Part shown: piece after piece, positions 21,401-31,800 of the stretch
Position numbering within the stretch: position 1 is the stretch's first letter
Layout of the letters: every line of letters starts with the position of its first letter
Source of the DNA: Ostreococcus lucimarinus
Taxonomy: Eukaryota
Assembly (NCBI GenBank): GCA_000092065.1
Contig: CP000584.1
Direction: 5' to 3' (one strand)
Length of the DNA: 64,000 bases
Position numbers and translations under genes: made by a program
Notes under the pieces: generated by a model
Database searches by the model: none
What the model saw: the letters and a program-made list of their open reading frames with translations, nothing else
What the model was told of the DNA's origin: nothing

Positions 21401-22328
21401 CGAAGCCGCAGCGCAGGAACACGGGTTGGAAATGAAGAAGCTCGAGTATCAAATCACGCGCCATGAAAACGAAGCGAAGGATGCCGAGGCGCATCTCGAT
21501 AATCTTAAGAAAGAACATCAGTGGGTCGCGAGCGAGAGCGCGCTGTTTGGTCAGTCCGGAGGTGATTATGATTTCAAGAAGCGTTCCCCTTCGCAAGCGC
21601 AAGCGGAACTTGCAGAGTGCGAAGAAGCGCAGGCGACGCTCGGGAAGCGCGTGAACAAGAAGGTCATCGCCATGTTTGATAAGGCTGAAGCCGAGTTCAA
21701 AGAATTGCAAGAAAAGCGTCGCATCGTGTTGAACGATAGATCGAAGATTCAAAAGGTGATCACCGAGTTGGACGAGAAGAAGCGTGAGGCTTTGCAGCTG
21801 ACTTGGGAAAAGGTCACCAAGGACTTTGGTTCCATCTTTTCCACTTTGCTCCCAGGGACGAGCGCCAAGCTCCAACCTCCCGAAGGATGCACCGTGATGG
21901 ATGGTTTGGAAGTCAAGGTCGCTTTCGGGGAAGTTTGGAAGGAATCGCTCACCGAACTTTCGGGCGGTCAGCGATCGTTGCTCGCGTTGTCTTTAATTCT
22001 CGCGCTTTTGCTCTTCAAGCCTGCGCCGATTTACATTTTGGACGAGGTCGATGCTGCGCTGGATCTTTCGCACACGCAAAATATCGGACGCATGATCAAG
22101 CAGCACTTCCCGTTCTCCCAATTCCTCGTCGTTTCGCTGAAGGAAGGCATGTTCAACAACGCAAATGTTATTTTCCGCACCAAGTTTGTGGATGGCTTAT
22201 CGACTGTGACGCGATCGGTGCCCGCTTTGAAGGACAAGGAAGACAATACTCGTCCAGATGCGCCAAACGCACTCGCAGCGGCCGCGGCAAAACGTCGCGC
22301 GCCGACCAAACAGGGCAAAGAAAATTAA
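18456..22328 (+). CDS. SMC2: SMC2 (condensin subunit); join(18456..18623,18882..22328)
   Basis: Exon 1 encodes [56 protein letters not shown], which is the SMC2 N-terminus with the Walker A motif. Exon 2 continues [23 protein letters not shown] and runs through the coiled coils, hinge and C-terminal signature and Walker B ([36 protein letters not shown]). A 258-nt intron with GTACGT donor and acgcag acceptor lies between them. Confidence 0.92.
18624..18881 (+). other. Intron (258 nt) in SMC2
   Basis: GTACGT donor, CTGAC branch candidates and an ACGCAG acceptor. It is needed to join the conserved SMC2 N-terminal exon to the main ORF in frame. Confidence 0.8.
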
Positions 22329-22905
22329 TCTCGCGTAGACGCTCCGTGTAAGAATATGAATCCTTTTTCGTTTACGAGTCACACTAAAAATAGAATGCAG
22401 GTCAAGGAGCTTCGAGCCATGAAAAAAGTTCCAACGCAGTTCCTCCCTCTATTTGAGGTGGGTGAATCGTTCGAAGATGCCCCTGAGAAGAACGTCGCCG
22501 TCCTCCAAGACGAACCGGTGGCGCGCGAGGCTATTTTCATCACTGAAACGCCAGAGGAGAGCGCGGAGTATGATTTCGACTACGATCGATTCCATCCAAA
22601 CGCGCGAGCAGCTTTGTGTGCACTAAAGTTTGCGCTTAAACATCCACCATGCGCACCGCATTCTGACAAGCTCATCTCCGAGCTACATTACCTGAAACTC
22701 ACGGTTTCTGCGGGTAATCGAAGAGTCGCGCCGAACGAGTTAGCCGCGCAGCCGCGCGCCATCAGACGCAACGATGAATTATCCGCCGAGGAGAGTCGTA
22801 AAGTACTCGAGCTCGAGCGCACGCTTGAAGTACTGAGGCTCCGAGTGGCCCAACTAGCGTCCATGGAAGATGATCAAAGAATTAGCGATTGACTTACTAC
22901 AATGG

Positions 22906-24825
22906 TTATGCTTTCGCCGTCGAGGTTGAAGCGCCAGACAAATCTTGAATGAGTTGTCCAGCGTTCGCGAGCGAGGCGCGCATGCCTTCTAAACCTTCCG
23001 CGCGTTTGTGTAGCGCACTTTCCTGGCATGCGCGAATAAGCACGGCGAATGTGATTTCGGTGGGCATAAGTCCATCGATGCGTTGCATATCGTCGAGCAC
23101 GCTGAGTCCTCGCGTGACTTCGCCGCTTCGCACGTGCGCCCCGATGAGAGCATTGTACACCGCAGCGTTCCGTGGAACATCCCAATAGTTGCGCATTTTC
23201 TCCATCACGGCCTCCGCTTCGAGGTCTCGACCTTGGCATCCCAAGCAGTGAATGTACGCTCCGCACATGACGGTGTGCGGGATGATTCGGTTGCGCAACA
23301 TCTCCGTCCAAACGCCGTCCGCCGCGATGTACTCTCCGCTTCGCTCGGCAGCAGATATGAGCTGCGTGAAAGTGTACGAGTCTGGCTGGATTTTCGAGCG
23401 TTTCATCTCGTCATACACTTCAGTGCATCCTTCCCAGTCCCCGTACCTCGCGTATCCGCCCAAGAGCGCGTTGAAGGTGTACGTCGTGACGATCATCGTT
23501 GAGTTGCGCATAGCGTCGAAAACTTCGTTCGCGTGCGCCATGTCGCCGGCACGTCCTGCCATGGTGATGATGGCATGCATCAACGTCGCGTCCGGACGCA
23601 CGTCGTACTTTTTAATACGTTTTGCGACCGCGTTACCTTCGATCCAGCGTCGACAATTATCGAACGCCGTCAGCGTCAACGAAAACGCTAAGCTCGTCGG
23701 TTGAACTCCAGGCTCACGCGCCATCTCGTTGAGTACGGCCAACGCCTCGTCCGGCTTCGCCTCATCTCTCAACGCCGTGAGCACGGCTGTGTAAGTGTAC
23801 AAATTTCTCGGTTTGCCCTTGTCGCCCATGTCCCGAAACACTTGATACGCCCCGCTCCAATCACTCACGCGATTGAGTGCGGCGATCACCGCAGACGCGA
23901 TCTCGTTACAAATCAAGCTCTCATCATTCTCCGCGATACCGCGCTGCCACAAGTTTTGCACCGTTCGCGTTTGCGTCAGCGTCTTCGCCGCGCTGGCGAG
24001 CGACACGTACGTAAACTCATTCGGCGCGTACCGCCCTTGCTTGCGCGACATCCACAAATACAGCGCGTGCGCGCGATCGAAGCTCCCACGCTCACCGAGC
24101 TCCTTAATGGCAAAGTTAAGCGTCGACGTGGTGAATTTAAACTTCCCACCCTCGGGATTCACCGCGCTCGCGACGACGTCCCACGCGATGCGTTCGCCCT
24201 GCGCCGGCGCGTCGATAGATTCCATCGCCCGCACGATCCGTTCCCCCGCGCGCAACGGCGGCCTCCCGCTTCCACTCGCCGCGCCATCCCCGCGTCCACC
24301 GCCTCTCGTCTCCCTTTTTTGCGCGTGCGTCGGTTCCCTCTTACTCGCGTTCACGTGCCTCTGCAGCGCCCCGTGCGACGACTTCGTCACCCTCAGATCC
24401 ACCTCCGTCGTCGCCTTCCCTCGTCCTCCCTCCCTCGCGCGCGCGTCGTTCACCGTCCGTCCTCGCGCCGGCGCGTACCTCTGCCCTCGACGCGTCCCCG
24501 TCCCTCGCGCTCGCGCGTCGCTCGCGCGTCGCGTCGTCCCGACCCCGCCGCCGCGCGTCTCGTCTCGCGTCTCCTCCCCCACCCCGCGCGCGCTCGTCCC
24601 GTCGTCCCGTCGCATCGCGCGCGCGTCCCGCGTCGTCGCGTTCGCTCGCGCGCGTCCATCGCGGTCGTCGCGCGTCGCGTCGTCGTCGCGCGTCCCGTCG
24701 GTGCCGCCGCCGGCGCGCGCGCGCGCGCGCGCGATTCGTCGCGCGCCGTCGCGTCGCGCCGTCGTCGGCGCCCGCGCGACGCGCGATGGCGCGACGCGCG
24801 TCGCCGTCGTCGCCGCCGGCGCCAT
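22906..24825 (-). CDS. Pentatricopeptide-repeat (PPR) protein with basic N-terminal presequence
   Basis: 639-aa ORF with multiple 35-aa PPR-like repeats (for example YTYTAVLTALRDEAKPDEALAVLNEM and TYTFNALLGGYARYGDWEGCTEVYDEMKRSKIQPDSYTFTQLISAAERSG). The N-terminal 150 aa are Arg/Ala/Thr-rich, consistent with a targeting peptide plus low complexity. Confidence 0.8.
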   Translation of the reverse strand: MAPAATTATRVAPSRVARAPTTARRDGARRIARARARAGGGTDGTRDDDATRDDRDGRARANATTRDARAMRRDDGTSARGVGEETRDETRGGGVGTTRRASDARARGTGTRRGQRYAPARGRTVNDARAREGGRGKATTEVDLRVTKSSHGALQRHVNASKREPTHAQKRETRGGGRGDGAASGSGRPPLRAGERIVRAMESIDAPAQGERIAWDVVASAVNPEGGKFKFTTSTLNFAIKELGERGSFDRAHALYLWMSRKQGRYAPNEFTYVSLASAAKTLTQTRTVQNLWQRGIAENDESLICNEIASAVIAALNRVSDWSGAYQVFRDMGDKGKPRNLYTYTAVLTALRDEAKPDEALAVLNEMAREPGVQPTSLAFSLTLTAFDNCRRWIEGNAVAKRIKKYDVRPDATLMHAIITMAGRAGDMAHANEVFDAMRNSTMIVTTYTFNALLGGYARYGDWEGCTEVYDEMKRSKIQPDSYTFTQLISAAERSGEYIAADGVWTEMLRNRIIPHTVMCGAYIHCLGCQGRDLEAEAVMEKMRNYWDVPRNAAVYNALIGAHVRSGEVTRGLSVLDDMQRIDGLMPTEITFAVLIRACQESALHKRAEGLEGMRASLANAGQLIQDLSGASTSTAKA

Positions 24826-25106
24826 GACGTCGGCGTCGCGGCGTCGCGCGCGCGCGTCCGCGGCGACGCGCGCGCGCGCGATTCGGATAGCGCGAGTCCC
24901 CTGACCGTTGAGTCGTGATCCGTCGGTATGCGCAAACAGTCACACACGTGTCGGCGACCGACCGCGGCTCTGTTGACATTTTTTATAGAGCGTCATTGGA
25001 GGTATTCTAGTACCTCAGCGTTCATATAAGGACGGTGCGTATACCTATTTACCAGAGAAATGGCAAAGGCCCTTTCGTCAGCACGCGTCAGCACCACGCG
25101 GCAGCA

Positions 25107-25378
25107 CGCGTTTGGTGTTACGCACGCACTGGCACTGATTGCCGCGACGCGCGCGCGTCGCCACTCGCGCGCGCGATCGACCTCGTTCGACGCGACGACG
25201 CGACGGTGAAAGACGCGCGCGACGCGCGAGACCGGCGACGCGCGAAACCGGCGACGCGATCCGCGCGCGGCGTGAGAACGTTCCGCGAACGACGCGTGCG
25301 AACTTTCGACGCGTGCGAACGACGCGAGCGAACTTTCGACGCGTGAGAGTCGCGAGCGAGGACGAAAGCGCGCGGGAA
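25107..25378. repeat. Left arm of a near-identical inverted repeat (paired with 32167..32392)
   Basis: Its reverse complement is found almost base-for-base at 32167..32392. The differences are a 26-nt and a roughly 10-nt indel. It ends about 10 bp before the ATG of paralog A (25386). Confidence 0.85.
25289..25348. repeat. Tandem duplication of a 30-nt unit inside the left inverted-repeat arm
   Basis: cgaacgacgcgtgcgaactttcgacgcgtg followed by cgaacgacgcgagcgaactttcgacgcgtg. The right arm has only about 1.1 copies. Confidence 0.7.
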
Positions 25379-25385
25379 AAGCGGC

Positions 25386-28300
25386 ATGACGTCGTCTTCG
25401 AAGGGCTCGCGCGATGGTGGCGTCGCGCGGCGCGTCGCGGTGTTCGCCGCGACGGCGATCGTGGCGTACGCGGTGGCGGGCGTGGCGACGACCAGAGAGG
25501 GACTGGCGCGAGTGGTGCTCTCGACGACGAAGACGAACGATGGACGCGCGCCGATGTGGGCGAAGGAAGGACACGCGCCGCTGAAGGCGTTCTTCAACGA
25601 TGCGATGGCTGACGCGCCGACGGGATTGACGCGCGACGAGCGCCGCGCTGCGCGGGCGCTGCGCGCCGCGCGCAAAGCGGCGCGCGCCGGCAACGGGCAA
25701 TCGGAGACGACGTTCACTCTTTCAAAGTCGTGGAAGTTGCATCGCTTGGCCAAGCTCGGGATCACGGAGGTATTGACGGATGATGACGAAGAGCCGAACG
25801 CGCTCTCCGATGTGTCGTTCACGAGCGCGCAGACCAAGGGCGCGCAGACGGCGTTTGATTTCTCGGAGGAGGAAGCAGAAGCCGCACCACAAAATCAAAC
25901 TGAAGATTTTCTCGCGGACAATTACGACGCTGAAGAAAAGATCGAGACTAGCGTTGATTCGGTGATTACCTCGTCGCCGGATGCGGTGTTTGCGGCACAG
26001 TTTGGGAATCACACATGTGTACAACAGTGCGCCGACGACGCCGACGTCGCGCAAATCATCGGCGGTTCCGGCTGCACTGCGCTTCAAGCGAACGACAACG
26101 TTTTCAAGTGCTTGAACGAAAAGTGTTCATGCGAGGAAGCCGTGGCTTTACACGAAACTTTGCTCTACGTTTGTGACGCGAATGAGGTTGGGAAGAACTT
26201 TTCATTCGTTCGACTCAACCAATTCTACGTCGACACTTTGGATGACGCGATCGACGAGTGCCAGGTCACCGATCTTCTTGACTCAGTCGTTTCTTCTCAG
26301 AACACGTACTGCGACAGTAACGAAGATCAAGACTCGACTATCTCGAATGTCACCGCCGCTGCGCTGGGTCAAGGATGCCACCGCGGCGGCGACCGCCCAA
26401 AGGTGGCCAATTGCATAGTCCACAAGTACTACTTTGCACGCTGCGACTACTGGGCCGGTTGCAGACGCGGATGCAACTCCTGGGATTATCCCATCCGTTG
26501 GAAGCATTGCGGCTGGTGCTGTCATCGATGTGTAAACTTCCCGTGCGGGGTGCATTGCCGTTGTAGATGTCGGCGCTGGCGCTGTCGCTGCAGCTGCCAC
26601 ACGAGATGGTGCCGTCGTTGCTGGCATTTACCAACGTATCGACCGAGGTGCCGCAAGGATAGATATTATCGGCAAAATAAATGCGATATTTGCTCGCCCG
26701 GCTACCGCGTAACACGCAATGGACGATGTCAACTTTACGGATGGATTCAAGCCATAGTCGACGGCATCAACGCCGTGAAGCAAGGGATCAAATACATCAA
26801 AAATGTCATCCCGAACACAATTGACAACATTAAGAACATGTTCACGAACGTCAAGACGCAAGCGAATACGGCGGTTACGAAACTGACAGAGCTCGCCGAT
26901 CAAATCGCGCAGAAAGTGACGGATCTCGCCGATGAAGTGGTTTCCAGTGTCATCTTCATCAAGCCGGCGACTTTCTTGCAAGCAATCGAGAGCGCCCTCC
27001 TTTCGTGTGACAACGCTCAATCCGCGCTCGGCTCCACCAAAATCAGCGCACATGAAGCAACGTCCCTTGGATTGCTCGATCCGGCGAATTCACACGTGCT
27101 TGAGGAAAAGCTTGGTGATATTTTTGGCAAATCCCGTAGCGGAGTTTCTCCCATCCAAGAATGGCGGTCTGATGATACGTCTTCGCTCGGAGTCGGACAG
27201 TGTGTGGCTCATTGCGGCGCTGGGATGTGTCTGCCCACGACAATACCGGCAATGACATACGAAACGCCTGATCACGGTATGCCCTTTCCGGATTCTATCC
27301 ATTTGGTCAAATATAAGCCGGACGCGGTGATCGTCAACGTGGCGGCGAACCCCGTCTCAGTATGCGTCAAGATGACGGAATTCAGCATCCCTACGACCGC
27401 CGCCGAATCAATCGTCAATGCTCTGGTTGATCAAATCAAACCAATCCTACTCGCTGGCGTCGATGAAGTCAAACAGTGGGGGAAGAACGCCGCAAAAGGC
27501 ATGAAAAACGCAGCCGTCGCCGTCGAAGACGGCGCAAACGACATGGCTGGATTTGTCCAAGGGATCCCGGATAAGCTCAACAATCTGGTAGGTCGACGTC
27601 GGTTACTCGCCGATGCCACGCCGTCAGACCAAGATCTCATCGACGTCTCGTTCGCGCTCGGTCGTCTGATGGCTCAGCAAAACAGGCTTCGTGAAAAAAC
27701 CGAAGCAGACGTCAGGCTCTCCTTGGATGAGCTCCGAGCGAGGCTCCAAGCGCTTCCGCACTTTTCGCACGCTCATCCGACGCACAAGGGCGCGGCAAAT
27801 CACGCAACGGCCAATCTTGGTGGTAATTTTCTCAGTGACGCGAGCGACGGACTCGTGAACGCGATGAAGCTCGCCTTCCAAGACATGAAGAACATGAAGA
27901 TGATTGCTCGCTCGACACTGGTCTTGGATTTGAACGTCGAGTTCAACACCGATGCGACTGCCTATCGTTTCGACGATCTCTTGAACAACGGTGAAGGGTA
28001 CACGATGATGATCGATCAAAGCATCCCGATCGGTCTGGGGTTCACCATCGCCATCACCGGTCGGCTTGATGTTAAGATGCCTTACTACTTCATCGCAGAA
28101 AGTGCCGGTAACTTTGCCTACAACGTGGCGTCGAACGATTTCTGGGTCGAGTTCGGCTCCGACGAAGGTAGCGGCGTGCTGAGACTTAACGACAACCCGC
28201 AGGTGACTATCACGCCGTCTGGCACTGGGCAAAGCTCGGTATCGTTTAAGGTATCGACTACTCTTCGTGCGAGTGATTTCAAGGTTTCCGTGTGCTTTGG

Positions 28301-28751
28301 CGACATCATTTGCTCTGGCATCGAGGCGCAGTTCTTCCAAAGTGTCAGCGCTGGCGCGGACAGTCTATCGGCTACGACGGATGAGGAATGTTTCAATGGC
28401 GCGACGGAATTCAAAGCCATGTTCGCCGACACCTTCACCGGGTATTACGACGAAAACAGCGGCGAGTGCCGACTGCGCCAACGCGGCAGCATCAACGCCG
28501 CCGGTCAATACGTCGAAATCCCCAAACCCGATGTTAACGTTGCCTTCACCACCGTCGTGCTCGGTGACAAGGATTGTGTCAGTCCCGTCTCGCTCTACGA
28601 ATACTCCGCCCGCGAGTCTTGGCTCTCGGACGCACAGATGGCTACTTTAACCAGCAAAACGTGCGCGGCGCCGGCTGACGGCGACGGCGACTTTGTCACG
28701 TCGTCGTGTTCGGCATGCGACACCGCCCGCGCGCAGGGCTGCCACTCATAG
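25386..28751 (+). CDS. Large cysteine-rich secreted or signal-anchored protein, paralog A (unknown family)
   Basis: 1121-aa ORF with an N-terminal hydrophobic anchor (VAVFAATAIVAYAVAGVATT) and an acidic linker. A Cys-rich domain follows (CADDADVAQIIGGSGC...KCSCEEAVALHETLLYVCDA), then a helical Asn/Asp/Ile-rich middle and a C-terminal beta-like domain with conserved Cys, and PYYFIAESAGNF and YVEIPKP motifs. It is paralogous to the minus-strand gene at 28890..32150. It contains one anomalous Cys/Arg/Trp segment (see findings). Confidence 0.75.
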   Translation: MTSSSKGSRDGGVARRVAVFAATAIVAYAVAGVATTREGLARVVLSTTKTNDGRAPMWAKEGHAPLKAFFNDAMADAPTGLTRDERRAARALRAARKAARAGNGQSETTFTLSKSWKLHRLAKLGITEVLTDDDEEPNALSDVSFTSAQTKGAQTAFDFSEEEAEAAPQNQTEDFLADNYDAEEKIETSVDSVITSSPDAVFAAQFGNHTCVQQCADDADVAQIIGGSGCTALQANDNVFKCLNEKCSCEEAVALHETLLYVCDANEVGKNFSFVRLNQFYVDTLDDAIDECQVTDLLDSVVSSQNTYCDSNEDQDSTISNVTAAALGQGCHRGGDRPKVANCIVHKYYFARCDYWAGCRRGCNSWDYPIRWKHCGWCCHRCVNFPCGVHCRCRCRRWRCRCSCHTRWCRRCWHLPTYRPRCRKDRYYRQNKCDICSPGYRVTRNGRCQLYGWIQAIVDGINAVKQGIKYIKNVIPNTIDNIKNMFTNVKTQANTAVTKLTELADQIAQKVTDLADEVVSSVIFIKPATFLQAIESALLSCDNAQSALGSTKISAHEATSLGLLDPANSHVLEEKLGDIFGKSRSGVSPIQEWRSDDTSSLGVGQCVAHCGAGMCLPTTIPAMTYETPDHGMPFPDSIHLVKYKPDAVIVNVAANPVSVCVKMTEFSIPTTAAESIVNALVDQIKPILLAGVDEVKQWGKNAAKGMKNAAVAVEDGANDMAGFVQGIPDKLNNLVGRRRLLADATPSDQDLIDVSFALGRLMAQQNRLREKTEADVRLSLDELRARLQALPHFSHAHPTHKGAANHATANLGGNFLSDASDGLVNAMKLAFQDMKNMKMIARSTLVLDLNVEFNTDATAYRFDDLLNNGEGYTMMIDQSIPIGLGFTIAITGRLDVKMPYYFIAESAGNFAYNVASNDFWVEFGSDEGSGVLRLNDNPQVTITPSGTGQSSVSFKVSTTLRASDFKVSVCFGDIICSGIEAQFFQSVSAGADSLSATTDEECFNGATEFKAMFADTFTGYYDENSGECRLRQRGSINAAGQYVEIPKPDVNVAFTTVVLGDKDCVSPVSLYEYSARESWLSDAQMATLTSKTCAAPADGDGDFVTSSCSACDTARAQGCHS

Positions 28752-28889
28752 CGTTGTGACGCACAATTTTCACACGCGCAAAGATCTCGATTGCGCTTTT
28801 CATTTCGTCTATCCTACGGTGTAATGAAATATTCAGTAGTGCACACTTTTGATTAAAACGTGAAAATTGGCCCTGCGCGCACGAAACGG

Positions 28890-31800
28890 CTAGGCGTAGA
28901 TCGGGCAGTCGGTCGGACACGCGTCGACAGCGGCGCCACAATCCTCCACAGGATCTGTGCTGGCAGCGCACGACGTCGAATGGCTGGATCTATACTGTGC
29001 GCGGCTCGTCATGTCCAAGAGCGACAGAGGCTGGACGCACTCGGTGTCGCCGCGTACTTCGGTGATAATATCGGTAGTCACGAACGGTTTGGGATACTCG
29101 ACGTACAAGCCGGCGCCGACGACGTTGGCACTTGCGCTGCATTGGTTTGAAGTTGTCGGGTAGGACGTGAGGAATTCGCCAAAGACGGGAGACAAACCGG
29201 TGCGTCCGTTGTAACAAGAGGAGTCCGTGGACGCGCCGACCCCGTCGTTTAGAACGGAATCCGCGCCGAATTGAATCCCTTGTTTGATTGTGACTTCGGG
29301 GCCGATGCAGATGATGCCGCCCCAGCAGAGTTTGATGTGGAATTCTTCGAGCGCTGCCACGACGCCGACCTTGAGGCTCGAGGAAATCGTGCCGTCGATC
29401 GTCGGCGTGATGTCCAAGCTTGCCGAAGACTTAGGCGCGACGGTGGCGACGCCGTCGGAGATGCTCACCGTGTAACCAACATTTTTACCCTTGATCTTGT
29501 ACCCGAGCTTTCCGCTGCCTTCTGCGAGCAAGAAATATGGGAGTTGAACTTTCGCGACGCCTCCGACGACCAAAACGAATCCAGTCGGGCCGATGGGTGT
29601 GATCTTGAACAATTCCTGATTGGCTTGGCCGTCAAGGAGATCACCTTCTTGAAAGAGAGCTCCTTTGGCGTCGAATTCCAATGTTTGCTCAAAATCGACG
29701 TCGAAAGAAACGCCAGTGGAGATCGTATTCAAGGCGCCTCGAAGAACTGATATGATACCGTCCTCGATGACGCTGAAGTCGAGCTTGAATCCGCCGAGGT
29801 GGGCGATGTCTCGGCGCGCTCTAGATTTGGGATCCGCCATAGGTTTCATGTTGTGCATGTGCGGATCATTCGAAACCAAGTTATGAATTTCGGCAATAGC
29901 GCTCAACGCCTTCTTCTGCATCAAGTTGACGCGTTGGATGTACTCCTCGACGATGTGTCCAAGCACCAGCGCTCGTTCGTGTTTGGTTAGTTGCTCGAAT
30001 TCTTGCGTGTCACCAGACAAGAGCTTACGTCCAAAGCCCGGGACGTTAATGTTTGCGACGGTCGATTTCACCGACGAAAAGATGTCCGTGAGCGATTCGC
30101 CGATTTCGTTCACGAAGTCGGTGATTCCATCGGCCCAACCCGTGATGGCTTTGACTGCGTCATCGACGATCGGCTCGACAACTTTGACGAACTCAAGTGC
30201 GACGTCGTTCAACACACTCATGTCCAACCCAAAATGCGTTACCCCGGCGCATGCTTTGATGTTGCCATCGACAAATGCCTTGACGTAATCGGGTTGGAAA
30301 CGCTCAAACCGAGGCTCGTCCGGGACAGAGCTCGTTTTGGTGAGTGAGAAAACGCCATCTGAGTAATCTGGGTGCTTTTTTAGGATGTCCTTGACGTCGA
30401 GCTGGTAGCACAGCGCGCCTGCGCAAAGATTGTGACTGCACGAACCTCCGAGTGGAGCGCTTTCAGAAGGTGCGGCGTAGTGCGATGCGATTTCCACACC
30501 GTATACTGCCTCCAACACGCGCTTGCGCACGTCGTGGTGCCGCCTCGACTTCACTGTTTTTCGATCGGCGCCCAAAGACGCGCTGTCGTCGTTGTTGCAT
30601 CCCGCAGCCTGACTGAGTCCGTTCATGAGGGCGTTGGCATTCGGCACAACGGCTGACACTTCGTCATAAACCAAATCGGCGAGTTTTGAGCCGAGATCTG
30701 CGAGGTCACCCGCGAGAGACGCGATCGCGTTCCCGATGCCGTGTATGTCTTCGATGAGATCATTCTTGAAATCGTTTATGGTATCCAAACCATCGTCGAT
30801 CTTGTTCTTCAAAGAGTCCAGCTCTGACGCCCAGTCGTCCCAGAATGCTCCGAGTGCAGCTACGCGAAGCTTAGCTCCGAGCTCAGGGTCCGACGTATCG
30901 ATCGACGCTTTGAACATCTCTTCAGCTTGCTTCAAGTCCTCATCCGTCATGTTGAAGTCTTTCTTCAAAGCTTCAGTATCCTCGACGCACGCCCCGGAGC
31001 TGTCCATCTTGAAATATTGATCGCACGAGTCGCACTCACGCGTCTCGCTGTTCATCAACCAGCCGTACTCGCACTCGATGCACTCACCTTTGCGGGTTCC
31101 TTCGTACGCGCACGGCATGGAGTATGCTTCATGCGTGCTCGTGCAAATCCTACGTGTCCAAGTGCAGCGAGAACACGTATCACCATCGCACGTATCGCAG
31201 GTGTATGCCGGGCAGCTCCATTTCTCTGTCGTGCTGCCGTGTACACGAAGAATACCCGTGCGCGACGAGTTGGCGCCGCACATTGGTGCCTCATATGAGC
31301 AAGTAGAGATGACGTTAGCTTGAGCGACGCAGTGCGCCGGCGCCGGATCATCCGCTGGCAACGAGCAGGGCGCGGCCTTAATATTGCCAGAGTCGTCCGT
31401 GTCTCGGATAGGGGTCAGAATGCTGAGCACACTGTGAGCCTTTCCACAGTGCGCTTCGACCGCCGAGACGGTTTCGTCCAGAAAATTGGCGTATTCGGGG
31501 CCGTTAAACTTTCCGTCCGCCTTCATCGGCGCGTCGCAAATGTAAAACAACGCCTCGATGAGTTGATACGATTCGTGACAACCGCACGCGTCGTGAATGC
31601 ACGAGATGAGCTCGTCATTGTCACTACTCACGGCGTGATCGCACGTCGACTCGACGTCAATGTCGCCGCCGCACGTCGCCGCGCACGGGAACGTCAACTT
31701 TAAATCGGAAAATATCCTACCCGGCGACGTCGCATCGTACGAATTCACCTGATTGTACATAATATCCGTTTCCGTATCGTCGGACGGATCGCCCACGACG

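Noticed and set aside
22356-22892. 178-aa + ORF between convergent SMC2 and PPR genes
   Set aside because: It has weak, mixed third-position composition unlike the strong GC3 bias of confirmed genes here, and no recognisable domain. It lies where the two 3'UTRs are expected. I keep it only as a very low-probability small gene.
24341-25700. Multiple Arg-rich ORFs on both strands (24341..24979, 24450..24947, 24993..25700, 25035..25346, 25118..25837)
   Set aside because: They lie in the (CGCGCG)n-like GC-rich region comprising the PPR presequence, the divergent promoter and the inverted-repeat arm. The peptides are low-complexity R/A/S strings with no periodic codon bias.
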